A stretch of DNA of 64,000 nucleotides from the human T2T-CHM13v2.0 reference genome, Homo sapiens, in NCBI RefSeq assembly GCF_009914755.1, contig NC_060934.1, one strand, 5' to 3'. The notes under the pieces are model-generated. The model did not search any database. It was not told the DNA's origin and saw only the letters and a program-made list of their open reading frames with translations. This document shows positions 29,821-44,091 of the stretch, piece after piece. A program made the translations under genes and the position numbers. Numbering within the stretch: the first letter of the stretch is position 1; each line of letters starts with the position of its first letter.

Positions 29821-32757
29821 ACTTGGTGAGCATGTAGGGGAATCTTCCAAGGCAGGACCCGGGGGCTGGCTCCATGCCCTGTTCAACATCCCTCCTGGAG
29901 CCTCAGGCCAGGCGCTCCCCTCCCCAGGGCATGTCGGGAGCGAGGTGTTGGTGGCGATGGGGATGGCTGCCCAGGGAGTGGGCCCAGGAGAGCACTTTCC
30001 CGCAGATGGCACAGATGCTGTACGTGCCTATGCTTGTGAACGGCAAGGCCCGCGCTGTGCCAGAGGTCCTGTTTTTATCATCCCAGCTGCCCGCCTGAGC
30101 TGTATGTAGAATATTTGCCGGGGACCTTGGGGCCCTGAGCCATGGCTGGCCCTGGGGGAAGAACGCAGAGGTAGCAGCATGAAGCCTGGCTTGGAGACAC
30201 CAAGTTGACCAAGGGGGTCTAGAAGGGATCCTGGAGGGCATTGAGGCCCTGCACCTTGGCCACCACCTTCATACCCCATGCCCTGGAGGGGGGCAGGGTT
30301 CCTGCCACAGTGGTAACCGCCCGCAGCCAGAAGCCTCCCGAGTGCCTGCAGGAAGAAGTAGAGCTCTGTATCTCAGCGAGTCGCCCCCACTCTCCACAGA
30401 CACCTTGCCCCCCAGCACTGACACCTCGCACACTGTTGCACTGCCGTGCCCTCAACCATGCTGTTTCCTTGGCCAGGGGTGCCCTTTCCCTTCCCTGCCT
30501 GGCAAAGTCCTGCTCCTCTTTCAAGCTGCAGCTCAGATGTCCCTTGTGCTTAGAGGCTTCTGAAGCCTCCCCAGCCTGCCCTTCTGCTGGCTTTGTCTGC
30601 ATCTGTGAAAGCCCTCAGCACACTCTAGCGTGGCTATTTGTGTGGAACTCCCCATTGATCTATTAATTTTTACTTATTAATCTTATTAATATTGACATTA
30701 TAATTAACAGCGATTTTAGTGTCTCTATTATACAAGACTGAGGAGTGCTAATGTGAGCTATGGTTTGTTGACAGCCAGCCTCTTGCCCGAGCCTCTATTA
30801 GGCACTTCAAGTGCATGGCCTCCTGTGAGACCTTGCAGTGATTGTCCTGGAGAGATGGCATGATCTGCATTTGACAGAGGAACAAGCTGGGCCTCCATCT
30901 CTGTACCAAGCATGGTGCCTGGCACAAAGGCGGCCTCAGCAAGTGCTTGGTGGGTGAGTGGGTAGATGAGTGGATGGGTGAGTGGATGTCAGATGTCCTG
31001 CTGGGTCCCCTCCCCTTGGCTCCCTGTCCTTCCTTTTGTCACTGAGGTTGGTACACATGGAGCTGACTTCCCCAGCCAGAACCACCAGCACCCCAAAAGC
31101 ATCTTAAGCCACAATTAAGGTGATCATGCCATGCTAATCACCTACACGAGTAAATTAGTCTTGTCAAGAGCCATTAAGGTGGGAACCCGGGATTCATTAG
31201 GATGGATTGGTCCCAGGCAGCGCCTGGCACTGCTGCCAGTCGGTGCTGATTAATTTCTCTCCAAACTCCATCAATGCCCAGCTGTTTCTTCTGGACCCAG
31301 GGAGAGCAGTTTTCAGGTGGGCTGACCCCGCATCGGCAGTCTCTGCAGACGGAGGAGCGGTGCGCCTGCAAGCAGGCCGGCAACTCCCCGCAGGAGCAGC
31401 CCCTGTAGAGCTGAATGGGAGGCCAGGGAGGGCAGATGGTGGGCTTTGTGGGCAGCCAAGGCTCAGGAGTGACGAGCATAGATGCTGGCAGGCACTGAGG
31501 CATAGGTGAAAGAGGAGTCTGGGAGGCATTGGGGACTTTTCTGGGACTAGTTTCAGCCCTGGTGCTCCAGAAGGAACTGTCCCTCCTCCCTGAAACCTCC
31601 TCCCAATGTCCCTTTAAAGAGGAGAAGCATCTCTTGGGAGAGGGTGGAGAACCACAGTGGGAGAATTATTTTTCTCTTAACCAGAAGGTTGCTTAAGATT
31701 GACACAGGTGAGAGGGGTCATGGTACCCCAGAGCTGTCCCACAGCGAGGGCTGGTGGCAAAGCCACAGGAATTGTGGGGCTAAAGGGACGGGGATGGGAG
31801 GAGTCCAGTGGCTCCCGGACATCAGCTGGGTGTGTGCTGTCTGCATAGTTAGGGCTTTTCTGCCCACCGTGTTCACAGAGGTGGTATAGCCTGATAGATA
31901 TCAGCTCTACGAAAAAAAATATAGGGGGTGTTAGACAATAATAAGTGCCCAGGAGAAATAATCAACTTTGGTTGGAGTTAAGATGGGAGGTAGACAGTGG
32001 GGGTGTAACAGTCTGTATTGTCCACCTTTGCCTTCACCCTCCCCTGAAGTGTTCTCAGAGGGCCCAGGATGGACTTGTAGTTTGAGAGCCACTGTTTTTA
32101 TCAAACATTCCCACTTTGAAGATGGAGAAAGTGAGGCCCAGACTGCCTGGATGTGAATCCCAGCTCTGCCTCTTACTAGCAGTGTACCTCACTTTCCTCT
32201 TCTGCAAAATGGGAATAACGTTCAGTTTACCTCTTTGGGTTTATGTGAATATTAAACGAGCAAATTGTAAAACCCTTAGAACTGTGTCTGGCCCATAGAA
32301 ATCCAAGCTGTAATTTAAACTCGCTCGCTTGCTTTTAAGCTCCTATAAACATATTTTCGAAAGGAAACTTTAATGTGTCAGACAAGCTTCCTGGTTGCCC
32401 GCTGAAGAAACTGCCTCTGGCTGTCCTTTCTATTGGAAGGCTGCTGGAGGCTCTTGGAATTGACCACAACAAAAGAACCTAGACTGGAAATTGGCCAATC
32501 TGTCCAGCCGGTCACTGCTGTCACTCTGAATGAATTCTACCACTCATGGCACGGGCAGCAGTGTCCAGGTGGCCAAGCCAACTTGGGTATGTGTCTGTGC
32601 TCAGGCTGCAAAGGGGCAGGGGATAGTGACTGTCTGCCCCTCCCAGCTACACCCAATGGGACAGTCTCCAAAAAGAGGAGGGGTGGAACTGGACACAGCA
32701 CCTCCATAGAAAGACAGATGTCCATTTTCTACCATCAGAGTGAAATCCCAGGGCTGA

Positions 32758-33118
<361 letters not shown>

Positions 33119-33119
33119 C

Positions 33120-33345
33120 CTTATTTTATTTTTAAACTTTTTACTTTGAAATAATTTTAGACTTACGGAAAAGTTGAAAATTGTACAGAGTTCCCATATA
33201 CCCTTCACCCAGCTCCCCATAATGTTCACATCTTGCATAACCATGATACAATTATGGAAACCAGAAAAATGACTTTGATGTAATACTATTAATGAGAGTT
33301 TATGCAAATTTTATCAACTTTCCCACTAATGTTTTTTTTTTCTGC
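33120..33345 (-). mobile_element. Old L1 3' end fragment (L1MC/MD-like)
   Basis: tttgaaataattttagacttacggaaaagttg..cagagttcccatatacccttcaccca. Confidence 0.7.
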
Positions 33346-33416
33346 AATTAAGATGATTTTTAAACTTCTTTTTAAGCTGTGGAACTGTTTGGGCAAATGT
33401 AATCTTGCCCAGAAGT

Positions 33417-33460
33417 CTAGGATAGATAGATTAGATAGATAGATAGGTAGACGGACAGAT
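33417..33460. repeat. (GATA)n microsatellite, degenerate
   Basis: gatagatagattagatagatagataggtaga. Confidence 0.8.
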
Positions 33461-33474
33461 GCACATATATACTT

Positions 33475-33720
33475 ATATTCATTCGTTCAACAAATGTTTC
33501 CTTGAGTGTCTTCTATGCATCAGACACTGTTCCAGGTATTGTGCATGCGAACAGAAGAGACAAAAATCCCTGTCCTCATGGAACTGACATTCTAGAGCGG
33601 GGAGCAGGCAGAAAGCAGCATAGAAAAAAATATATACAGTATGTTCAATTGTAACAGGTGCTAAGGAAGAAGAACCATCTTTGGTAGAAATTAAAGTCAC
33701 GGGTAGCAGTGAGGGGTGAA
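33475..33720 (-). mobile_element. L2 3' end
   Basis: attcattcgttcaacaaatgtttccttgagtgtc..tccctgtcctcatggaactgacattctag. Confidence 0.75.
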
Positions 33721-34679
33721 AGAGCCTGTATTTTCCACCTGTGCATTCACTCCTATATTAAATCAGAGGACCCATGAAAAACCCCTGGGGCCTCCTGTCG
33801 GACAGTTTGTGACCACTTTGTTAGACAAACAGTTGCACAGATGGAGAAACTGAGGTGGAGAATGGGGCGATTGCCCAGGGTCCCTAGTGAGTTACTGCTG
33901 GGGTCCGGATTGCAGCTGCCCTGACTTCGCACACCAGCTGCAGAGGGAATTCCAGGGTTTCTGTCCAGGCAGTCACTGGTGCCTCCAGGCCTGGGCAAGA
34001 AGGGGCGTCCTCCTGGGTTGGTGGGCTGTGAGCTCGGGAATTGAAGTTTGGAGAAGAGTCTCCAGGTGCCTCGCAGCTGCTGGGATCTGGAGCTAGAGCG
34101 CTTAAGGAGGGGAAGGGAGGGTAGCCTGGAGGCTTCCTGGGGCTGTTGGCAAGTGGGCTGTGGTTTTGGAGGAAGGAGGTGATCTAGTATCCATCCAGGT
34201 GATCGGTGCTGGAACCAAGGGACCCAGGGCTTTGGGCTCTTGGTGCCCTCACAGAAGGGAGGACTTTTCTCTCCCTTCTAGGAGTTGGGGGATGACTGAC
34301 AGAACCCCCAGGAGGGCTTGGGTGCTTCTGCGTCCTTGCTTCCTCTCTGCCATTATCCAGGGCAGCATAGGCCCTCTAAGGTGATAGAACAGACTGTGTC
34401 TTCTTGGGGGTCCTTTGGGCTGTAGCCACTCCCAAGCGGTCCCTGTCTGGGCACATCTGGAGCCTGTGGCAGCCCCGGCTATGGACTGCCCCTCAACACA
34501 CAGGTGTGGGTATGGGGCGGGGCTGGTGTTTTGGATGCGGCCATAATAACACTAATGATAATGATGATGTGCCACCTGTCGTGTGAGCATGCCATTAATG
34601 CCAGGCACTGAACACCTGTGCCAGCCTGTGCTGGGGGGTGGGGTAGGGACATGCACATTAGAGATAACTGGGGAAATAG

Positions 34680-34905
34680 TGACTAGCTTTTATTACATAC
34701 TTAATCTCTCTAGATCAGCCGTTCATACACATTGCTTCGTTGAATTCTAACAGCAAAAAAGTGAGTCTTATAACCCTCATTTTGCAGTTGAGGAGCAGAG
34801 GCTCAGAGAGGTTAAGTAACTCACACAGGCTCACACAGCTTGTGTAGAGTCAAAATTGAACCTGAACCTATCGCCCTCTGGCCCCAAAGCCTGTGCACTT
34901 AACCA
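34680..34905 (-). mobile_element. MIR SINE
   Basis: cattttgcagttgaggagcagaggctcagagaggttaagtaact. Confidence 0.75.
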
Positions 34906-36735
34906 CAAGTCTGGGATTCTGTATGTAGGTCTTTGCTTTTAAGGAGCTCCAGTCTGGAGTGGAGAAGAGAACCAATGGTAAATGACCACCTCACACCAGG
35001 CAAGTGGGAGGCATGAACTACAGAGCCTTGCTAATGCCCCGAGGAGGAAGAAACTCATCCTGGGCACAGGGACAGAGAAATCTTCATAGTAGAGGTGGCC
35101 TTGATTGGTTGGGTTTTGATAGGCTGAAGCTGGAGGGGAGGCATTTCACAAGAAGGCAATGGAACAGGCTGACCAGCTGTGAGGCAAGCAATTTGTGTTG
35201 TGTCTTGAAGTTGTTGTGGTTAAAAATGAAAATAACAATAGTAATTATTTAGCCCCTGTGTTTTACTAGTTAGGTTACCTGCACAATCTTGTTTAACCCT
35301 TACAGTGATGACAGGAAATCTGTTCTAGTACGATCACCTTGTTCCAGGCTCAGAGAGAGATCCAGCAAGCTGCCCAAGGTCCCATAGCCAGTAAGCAGTA
35401 GAGTCAGGATTTGAATTCCACGTATTCAATCTCCAATGACCACACTCTTACCGCCCTGCAATGCTGCCTCCCAGGATTGTGTAGGGTCTTTCCTCAGTCT
35501 GTTACCTAGGAAAGAGCCTCAGTGGCCAAGGGTCCACATGGGGCAGGTGCTGGGTGAAGGAGCAGCTGCTCCTAAGGAGGGGAGGTTGGCCAGCCCAGCT
35601 CAATCTGGGAGACCAGGCCCCGGACTGGGGCCGGTGCCTGAGTCCCAGGCCTGGCATTGCCCCTATGCAACCGTGTGAGCCTGGGCAAGTCAATTTCCCT
35701 GTTCAGCCCTTGCTTCCCTGTTTCTCAGAAGATGCATTCCTTGCTGGATATACTATGCAGAGTTAGCAAGAGTGCTGAAAATGACTTTGGGGAAAATAGA
35801 TGAAAGTATGAGATTAGTCAGCTTGCTTGCTCCTGGGTCCACAGCCTTTTCCAGTGACCAGTGGTGATGGCGGTGGGGGTCTCGTCCAGCTGTGCAGTGG
35901 CCAGGAAGCAGGCACCCCCTTTGCAGGGGTGGGGGGCTGACACATGAGCCTGGCACAGGTGTGCCATTGGGACGAGGATGTGCTGAGCTTGCAGCCAACC
36001 GAGAACACTTGGACTCCCTAGTAACTGGCAAAGGTGTAATTTACAAGAGCTGAATACCCTCCAGCTGGCTGAGGAGACGGGCAGGCAGAGCCGACTTTGA
36101 ACTTGTCATCACTCCCCTCATCAGGACTGTTCTTTACACCCCTCAGGGGACCTGTGAGCCTGACTGTCCAACAACAGCTTTGTCTGGAATAGGAGATCAA
36201 GTTGTTCTGTCAGCCCTTGACCAAGAAAGGGCTTGGATGGCCAGGAAAGTTGTTCTTTGGTGCAAGGATTTCCTTGAAGGTCCCCTCACCCATGTGCCTT
36301 CCCTTCCTCCTTTCCACATCTGAGCACAGTGCATGGAGTGGGAGGCACAAGGCCTGGGTTTCAATGCCAGCTCTGCCACTTATTAGCGTGTGACCACAGG
36401 CAAGTCCCTTAACCTCTCTGAACCTCGTTTCCCTCTTCTGGAAATTGAGATGATCATACTTGCCTGGACAACCTCATAGGGAGCTAATGAAAGAGCTTTA
36501 GAAGTGAAATAGCTGTACAAATGGTGGACATTGTTTTTATTGAGCAATTCATCTTTAAATGCTTCCTCTTCCAAGAAGCCCTCCTTTGCATCTTTAGCAA
36601 GTGTGGACTGTATCACCAGCTACTTCACCTCTCTCTGTCCCAGTTTACTCAGTTCAAAATTGTGGATAATGATCACACTGTATTTACTAATAGAGCTGCA
36701 GTGAGAATTAAGTAAGTTAATTAAAGTAAAATTAA

Positions 36736-37360
<625 letters not shown>

Positions 37361-40300
37361 TAAGTCAGGTATTTTAAACCGTGCTTGGCAAATAGTAAGC
37401 ACTAGGAGAAGTTAACTATTATTATTTGCGGTGGTGCTGTTGTCGGCCAGTGCTTTTCCCAACTAGGTGAGAAGCAGCTCGGGGACAGGAATGATATTCT
37501 ATGTGGCCAAAGCCCACTGTGCTGCCACGTAAATATGTGATGTGGTTTGATGCGTTACTCTTCCAAGGGACATTTTCACTCTCCAGGAGGAAGAGGCCTA
37601 GAGGCTCCTGGGCCCACCTCCTAGCCTAACCAGGAATCCCCTTAATGCAGCTGCCTACCAACAGGTGGTGCAAGCGCTGGTGGGCCCTGGCAGCGGGCAA
37701 CTCTACCTCTCAGCAGGCAGTGAGCACCACCTGCTACTAGCAGGCTGACTGCCTCCTGCTGTTACTACCCCTGGCCAGCCCCAGAGCTCCCTGGAGGCAG
37801 CCTGTTCTTCTTCATACGGTGGCTCTCCAGGGTCTGCAGGGCTTTCCTAAGTCTGCTGTTCTTTATTCTAGAGGTGGCCAGCTCTTGTAGCTGGTCCTTA
37901 TCCACAGACTTGGCCCAACTTCTCCCTCCTGGTCACCTTCCTGTGTTCCAGAAATTGTGCTAGGGATGTTTTGTGTGCCTCACTCATTTAATCCTCACAA
38001 CGCCCCATGAAGGAGGTAGTTATGGAGCCCATTTTACAGACAAGGAAACTGAGGCTTAGAGAGGTTGCTGCCCACCCAAGGGCTCATAGGCATTAAGCTG
38101 CTGAGCTGAATTCAAGCCCACATGTCTCTCTCTCTCTCCATAACCAATGCTTTACTCTTCTTGGCACAGAACAGAGTGGATGAAGAGGAGAAACTTCCAG
38201 CCCAGGGGCTGGTACAGGGTCCCCACCTACCATCTTCCTTACTTGCCTTCATAACACGGTGGACAGGGCACAAGATCCTCCAACCTTGGTCCCCTCTGGC
38301 CGTGTGCCCTTGGGCAAGGGAGAGGATGTGCCCTGGTGTCACAGCACCGCCTGTGGGCCCTCCTTTCCTGGGCTCTCTTGGCAGCAGGACTGTGTGCGGC
38401 GGGAACCCGCACACTTGCTAGGATTGATTTGGCCTTTGAAAGGATAATTCAAGATGAATATGCTGGCGTCCGACTGGAGTGAGATGGAGAGATTATTGAG
38501 TGTTGAACCTGCTTTGCCGCATCGGCTGCTTTATGAGCTCTCTGGAGAAACCCTATGTTGTAGATAACTCAGGCCTGACGGGCCAGGAGCGGCGTTTGTC
38601 TCCCACACTCTGGAGTGAGCAGTCCGACAGGGCCCAGACACCCTGCTCGCCCCATCCATGAGCCAAGAATCAGCTTCCAGCCTCATCGCGGTGCCAACCA
38701 TTGTCCCTCCCATCCTGCTCATCCCAGCCCCGTCTCTTGCCCTGTCCTGCTCCTGAATGTGGAGTTGGGGCGGTAGTGGCCAGCTGGTTGGTTCCTGCTG
38801 TGGTCCCTTGCTCCAGGCTGCCTTGGACAGTCCAGGAAGAGCAGAAGTGAGTGGGCAGAGCCTGTGGACACATCTCTTTGGTTTCTTACACCTGTCTCCC
38901 CGACGAGTAGCCCAGCCTGGTCACTAGGGACACCACCTCTGCATATTCCTTGGGATATCAGAAAGGATCTGTAGTGCAGGGACTTAGTGCACTATTGGGA
39001 AACAGTACACACAGAGGCATGAGGCCAGGGAAGCAAAGCCCCTCGTGGGGACCTGGAAGTTCAGTTCAGCTCAACTCTGTCCACCCTGGGTGTTTGTCCT
39101 AATCAGCCACTGCTCCCTCCACCCCTGCAGCCACACAGTATTCTAGGGGACCATCAGGAGACAGGGAAGAGTCCAAACCACAAACTCTTTGGAGGCCGAG
39201 CCCATGTCTTTGAGCCTTGTTAGGTGGGATGGCCTGTAGTGTGCACCACACTGACAGTGGGCATGATGGCCTTTCTCCCTCGGAGTCCCCTGGGGACTTG
39301 GCATGGGGTGTGGCACACAGAAAGGGCCAGTTCTATGGGTGATGCCTTAAGTACCTGTCAGCCCACAAGACATCCATCCTGGGCTGTGACAGCCTTAGGC
39401 TGGGGAAGCCTTTTCTCCGGAAGAGGTGTCTGGAGAGGGAATGACGGGAGACACACAGGGACAGCAGGGGCCTCCCCACAGCGGGAGTCTGGAGAACAGC
39501 GCCAGGGTGATCCTGAACAGACATTGCCCTGGGAGTGGTGCACCAGCCTTCTGTCATCTTTTGCACGATCCATGTCTCCTCCATGCTTGTACATCTCCAT
39601 GCACGGTCCATCACCTCACAGGACAGCGCGGCCACCGCGACTTGGGCTGAGAGTGGCTTGCAAGCCCTGTGCCGTGTTCCCACACATTAGGTCCTCATCG
39701 CAACCCCGAAGGCCACCCTCACCCCCACTTTATAATGAGGAAAAGCTAGTGACTTGTGCAAAGTCAGAGCGTTCATTACACATCAGCACCAAGGTTATAG
39801 TCCAACCCCTGGGGTGTGGGCTCATGTTGGCAGTGCCCGGCTTCTTGGAATCTGCATTTCCAAGAAATTCTTCAGTAATGTTGCTGTGGCTGGGCCACTT
39901 AGGACCGCTGCCCTGGCCATGCAGCTTCCTAGCCTCCTGAATTGGCTCCATGAGTCTGGGGTGAGTCCTCCATCACCCGCCTGGTCAGCTCCTGGCAGCG
40001 CCTGCCCTTTGGGCAGCATGCTGGGCTTGGGGACCCACCTGGTCGTTTCGAGAGTCCCCTGCCTGAGACATCGCCTGTGTCTCTGAAGCTCAGCTGGGGC
40101 TTATCATCGGATAGCAGATGTGTGAATTAAGAGGGGGCCCATGGGGGAAGGCAGGCCCGGGAGGCGAGGTGCTGAGATGCCCAGTGCAGTTCGCCCCTGC
40201 CCGGCCCCGCCTTGTGTGTTTACACAGAGTGGTGGTGCAGCAGTGGACATAATTACTCCTGACGGCCTTCATTAAAGACTCTGGAACAATTTACAGTCAA

Positions 40301-41929
40301 TTAAGGAGAAAGGAACTGTCTCCCTCTTCAGGCGCCCCACCGCCATCTGCTTTAGAGGGAGCCCTGCTGGAGCTGTGGGTCAGTGGAAGTGGGGCTTCAG
40401 GGAGGAGGAGAAGGAGGAAGAGTGGGGCTTCTGAAGCCAGTGAACCCGCTGTCCTCAAGAGTGAATGGTCAAGCCACCGGTCACCACACTCACAGTGTGA
40501 CGTGAGAGGCCATGTGCCAAGGAGCAAAGTGCTCTGCACCCTGGCTCTGCCCTAACGCATGCAGAGACCTGGGGTGGTTCTGTCACCTCTCAGAGCCTCA
40601 GCTCTCTTATCTGTCAGATGGAGCTGGTCAAGCATTCTCTGCAGATCTGTTTTGATTGTTTAGTGAAATAATAAATGTGGCCAGCACAGGGCCTGGCCCC
40701 CACCAGGTGCTCAGTGATCAGGATGGCAACTCCTGTTGTACCTGGGAAGCCGCACCTGCCCCTGCCTGCACAGGTGCTTTTCAGAAGCAAAGGCTCTTCA
40801 TATGTCAACAGTCCTAGGTCGGCCTCAGTCCCCACTCAATCTTCAGACACAGGCAACCAGAAGATACACGTGGGAGTGCTTCTTTGGGCCAGGCCTCCAC
40901 CCTCAGAGAGCCTGGGTCCAAGAGTGAACAACCTCTTCATTGGCCTAAAGGCCAACTCAGGAAAATTTAAATGCTTACCGGCTGCATTTCCCCCGTCTAA
41001 AATGAAAATCGCTTCATTGAATGCCATGGGGAGGGGGGCGTATATTTTCACAACCTAGATTACCTACTTGATTGACTAGAAATGTGTCAATGAGAAAACT
41101 GGTACTGCTTCTTAGCTCCCAAAATATAAATATCTGAGTCTATTTGAGAAATGGCAGTAAAGAGGCCGCGTTCTGAAATTAGATCGGGACCATATTGAGA
41201 AAGAAGGCAGGCTGCCCGGGAGCCCAAGGGTGCCTGTCCCTGCTCCAGCCTGGTACCCTCATTTGGTGAGATGGCACATGACATGTGACATATGCCCAAC
41301 ACAGAGTCTGGCACACCATCAAGGCCAGTAAATCCCAGCCTGTCCGCACCCGGCTGCCAAGAAGTGTTTTCCTTTCCTGAAATCCAATTATTTTCTGCCC
41401 AGTCCTCTGCCCATTAAAAGAGTAATGAACAATGGGTTGAGGGCCACCCCGCATCCCCTGCCATTCTTCCTGCTCCAGAAGGCACCTTTCTCAGGAGCCC
41501 CTCTCTGGGTCCCCACAGCGCTGGGAGAGGGAGTGCTCAGCAGGGATCGCTGAAGGGAGGGTGGGGGAAGTTAGTATTCCCTTACCTGCCATCTCTCCTG
41601 CCAGGGTGTTCTTGTCTGTAAATTAGGACAGTGACTCTCTTGTTACCAAGCATCAGTGGGTGTGAAGTTCCCTGGGTGTCTGAGAGCCAGGACCCAGAGA
41701 TCAAAGACATCTTCATGGTAGAACTTCACCTGTTTTGCCTGAAATTTGTCGGCTGAGTTTCTCATTCTGTGTCTCTCCATCTGGGCAGTGTCCTGCCATC
41801 AACAGATCAAAACCTAGGCCTGCTGGGGTTCCCTACACTGGCCACTTCTTTGTAAGGAAGGTGTAGATGTTTTCTACCCAATACCCAATCCCTGGAGTCC
41901 CCATTAGAATATTTTCACTAAATCAACAC

Positions 41930-42400
41930 CTATAGGACTTGCTCTCCATCCATAACTACTATAAGCCCTTTTAATCCTTATGACAACCTGTGAGGAAAGT
42001 ACAATTATCATTCCCATTTTATAGATAGGAAAATGGAGGCAAACAGAGTTGAAGTGACTTACCCAAGATCATGCAGCTAGTGAATGGGAGTGGGACTGGG
42101 ATTTGAACTTAGGCTGTCTGGCACCAGCACCCATCCTCCTAACCAAGGTGTTCTGCTACCTGCTAATAATAATAATGACAGAGTAATAGCAGCACCTGGT
42201 TATTGAGCACCTATAAGGTGCCAGGTGCTTTATATACATTATTGCATCAGATCTTTATGATAACCCATCATGTAGATATTTATGTCCGCCTCTGTGTGGC
42301 AGATGAGGAAACTGAGGCTCAGAAAGAACAATGAATTTGCCCATGATCATAGAACTAGTTAACAGTGGAGCCAAGACTGAAATCCAAGGCAGCCTGTCTG
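41930..42400 (-). mobile_element. Two consecutive MIR SINEs (~41930-42145, ~42165-42400)
   Basis: cccattttatagataggaaaatggaggc; cagatgaggaaactgaggctcaga. Confidence 0.75.
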
Positions 42401-43032
42401 TGTCTCCCTACCTGCAGGGATGGAGAAGATGGTCCAGCAGTCATTCCCCCACTGGTCCTGCTGCACTTCCTGGATGCTCTGGCTCCAAGGAAGAGGGGTC
42501 TTCTGAGGCCCACCAGGTATCAGTGATGAGGACTTGTCTCATCTGGAAGCAATTCTGCTCAGCCCCACTATGCTGGAGCCTGGGTGGATGACTTGCTGTC
42601 AGTTCCCAATGATGCCAATGTCAGGGTGGTGGGGAGGGGGCTGGTGGGAGTGGGAGTGAGTGGGTAGAGCAGGACAGCAGGCCTCCTGTGGATGACTGAT
42701 TGTTGGCCCAGCTCATGTGTTCCCATGTGCCTCTTACTGGTGGAAGCTAGATCTCTTTATCAGTTAAATCAAATACTAATGACAGGAAAGTAAGTTCTGT
42801 GAAGTCTCCTTATACTCTGACACTCCTAAGTTCAAATCCAGTCCCCCTTTCTCCTGTCCTTCTGACTGTGTCCCATAGAGCTCATGAGAGCTGTCACTTA
42901 TGGAGGGCCAATTAGGTGCCAGGACTATGTATGCATGATCTCATTCAGTCCTCACAACAACCTAGGATGAAGACACAGTGATTCTATCTCCACTTATTTC
43001 AGTGTGAGATACTTCAGGCATGCAGAAAAGTC

Positions 43033-43235
43033 TAGAGCTAATACAGTAGTCATTAGCCACGTGTAGCTCTTTACATGCAAATTAATTACAATTAAATAAC
43101 GTAGAGTTAACTTTCTTACTCACACTGGCCACACTGCAGGTGTTGGGCAGCCACATGTGTTGAGTGGTTACTGTATTAGGCATTGTGATAGAAAGTGTTT
43201 CCATAATGGCAGTGAAGTCTGTTGCACAGCGCTGG
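43033..43235. mobile_element. hAT-Charlie MER3
   Basis: tagccacgtgtagct..aattaattacaattaaataa..cacactggccaca..agccacatgtg..tgcacagcgctg. Confidence 0.7.
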
Positions 43236-44091
43236 TATAGAGTTGTATTTTATAAAAGAGAAACAGACTCAGCTACCTGCCCAGAGTGACTCAGCTGGGG
43301 GCAGGCAGCCCCTGAAGGAGCTCCTGTGGTCTTGACCAGTGTTCTCAATGCCTAGCTATCATCCCCTATCCCTAAGACAAAGGACATTCTCTAGCCACGA
43401 GGCATTTGAGGTACAAAGAGGCAGTGTGACCTCCCCAGGGTCGAGAGACTCCTCGAGTGGCCTGGGTAATAGAAACGGAGGGCCCTGAGCCATCGAGTGC
43501 CACCGAGTGGTCTGGATCTCTGGCTAGGCCAGCTCAGGGCAGGGGGGTGCCCCCGTGGCTGATAGGCCCACCCCTCAACCAGAGCAGCCCTGCTGGCCGT
43601 GAATTTTTACCGCTGTTTACCTGACGCTGTTCAGTCCAGGAATGAAATAACTCTCCCCACAGCTACTATGAATTCTTTGCTTCCCTGGGAAAAAAACAAC
43701 CCTGTGATTGGAACATTGTCTGCAGTCCTGTCAGGTAGCCGCGCTGAGTGACAGGTGAGAGAAAGCAAACGGCCGAAAGCCATTACCCTCTTACTTCAGT
43801 GGAGTTGGAAAAATAGTCATAAATTAGTGCCGGGTACTGAACAAGGGGAGAGGAAGAAAACACCAGAGAGGAAAAATATCCTCCCTAGAAAGTCATAATT
43901 TTTCTCCGGAGGGTGGGAGGAATAGGGTGTTTGGAAGGTGATGTCTCAAAAGAGCCTGTGCGTCACCCCGGCCTGTGCTGGGCGGCTCTTGCTGCTGCTC
44001 CCCAGGGACGGCTTCAACGCAGGCAGGACATTCCGGAAAAGCAAGAGAGACTTTGCTTCCTCTCACCCACTCCAGGGCCACCCCTTGCAGG

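Noticed and set aside
40340-40353. CTCF-like site
   Set aside because: Two mismatches at the conserved CC end; better explained as a CAGATGG E-box
43075-43090. Octamer ATGCAAAT + TAATTA (and ATGCATTAATTCAT near 27603)
   Set aside because: Lie inside MER3/MIR relics whose AT-rich sequence yields such motifs readily; no supporting cluster
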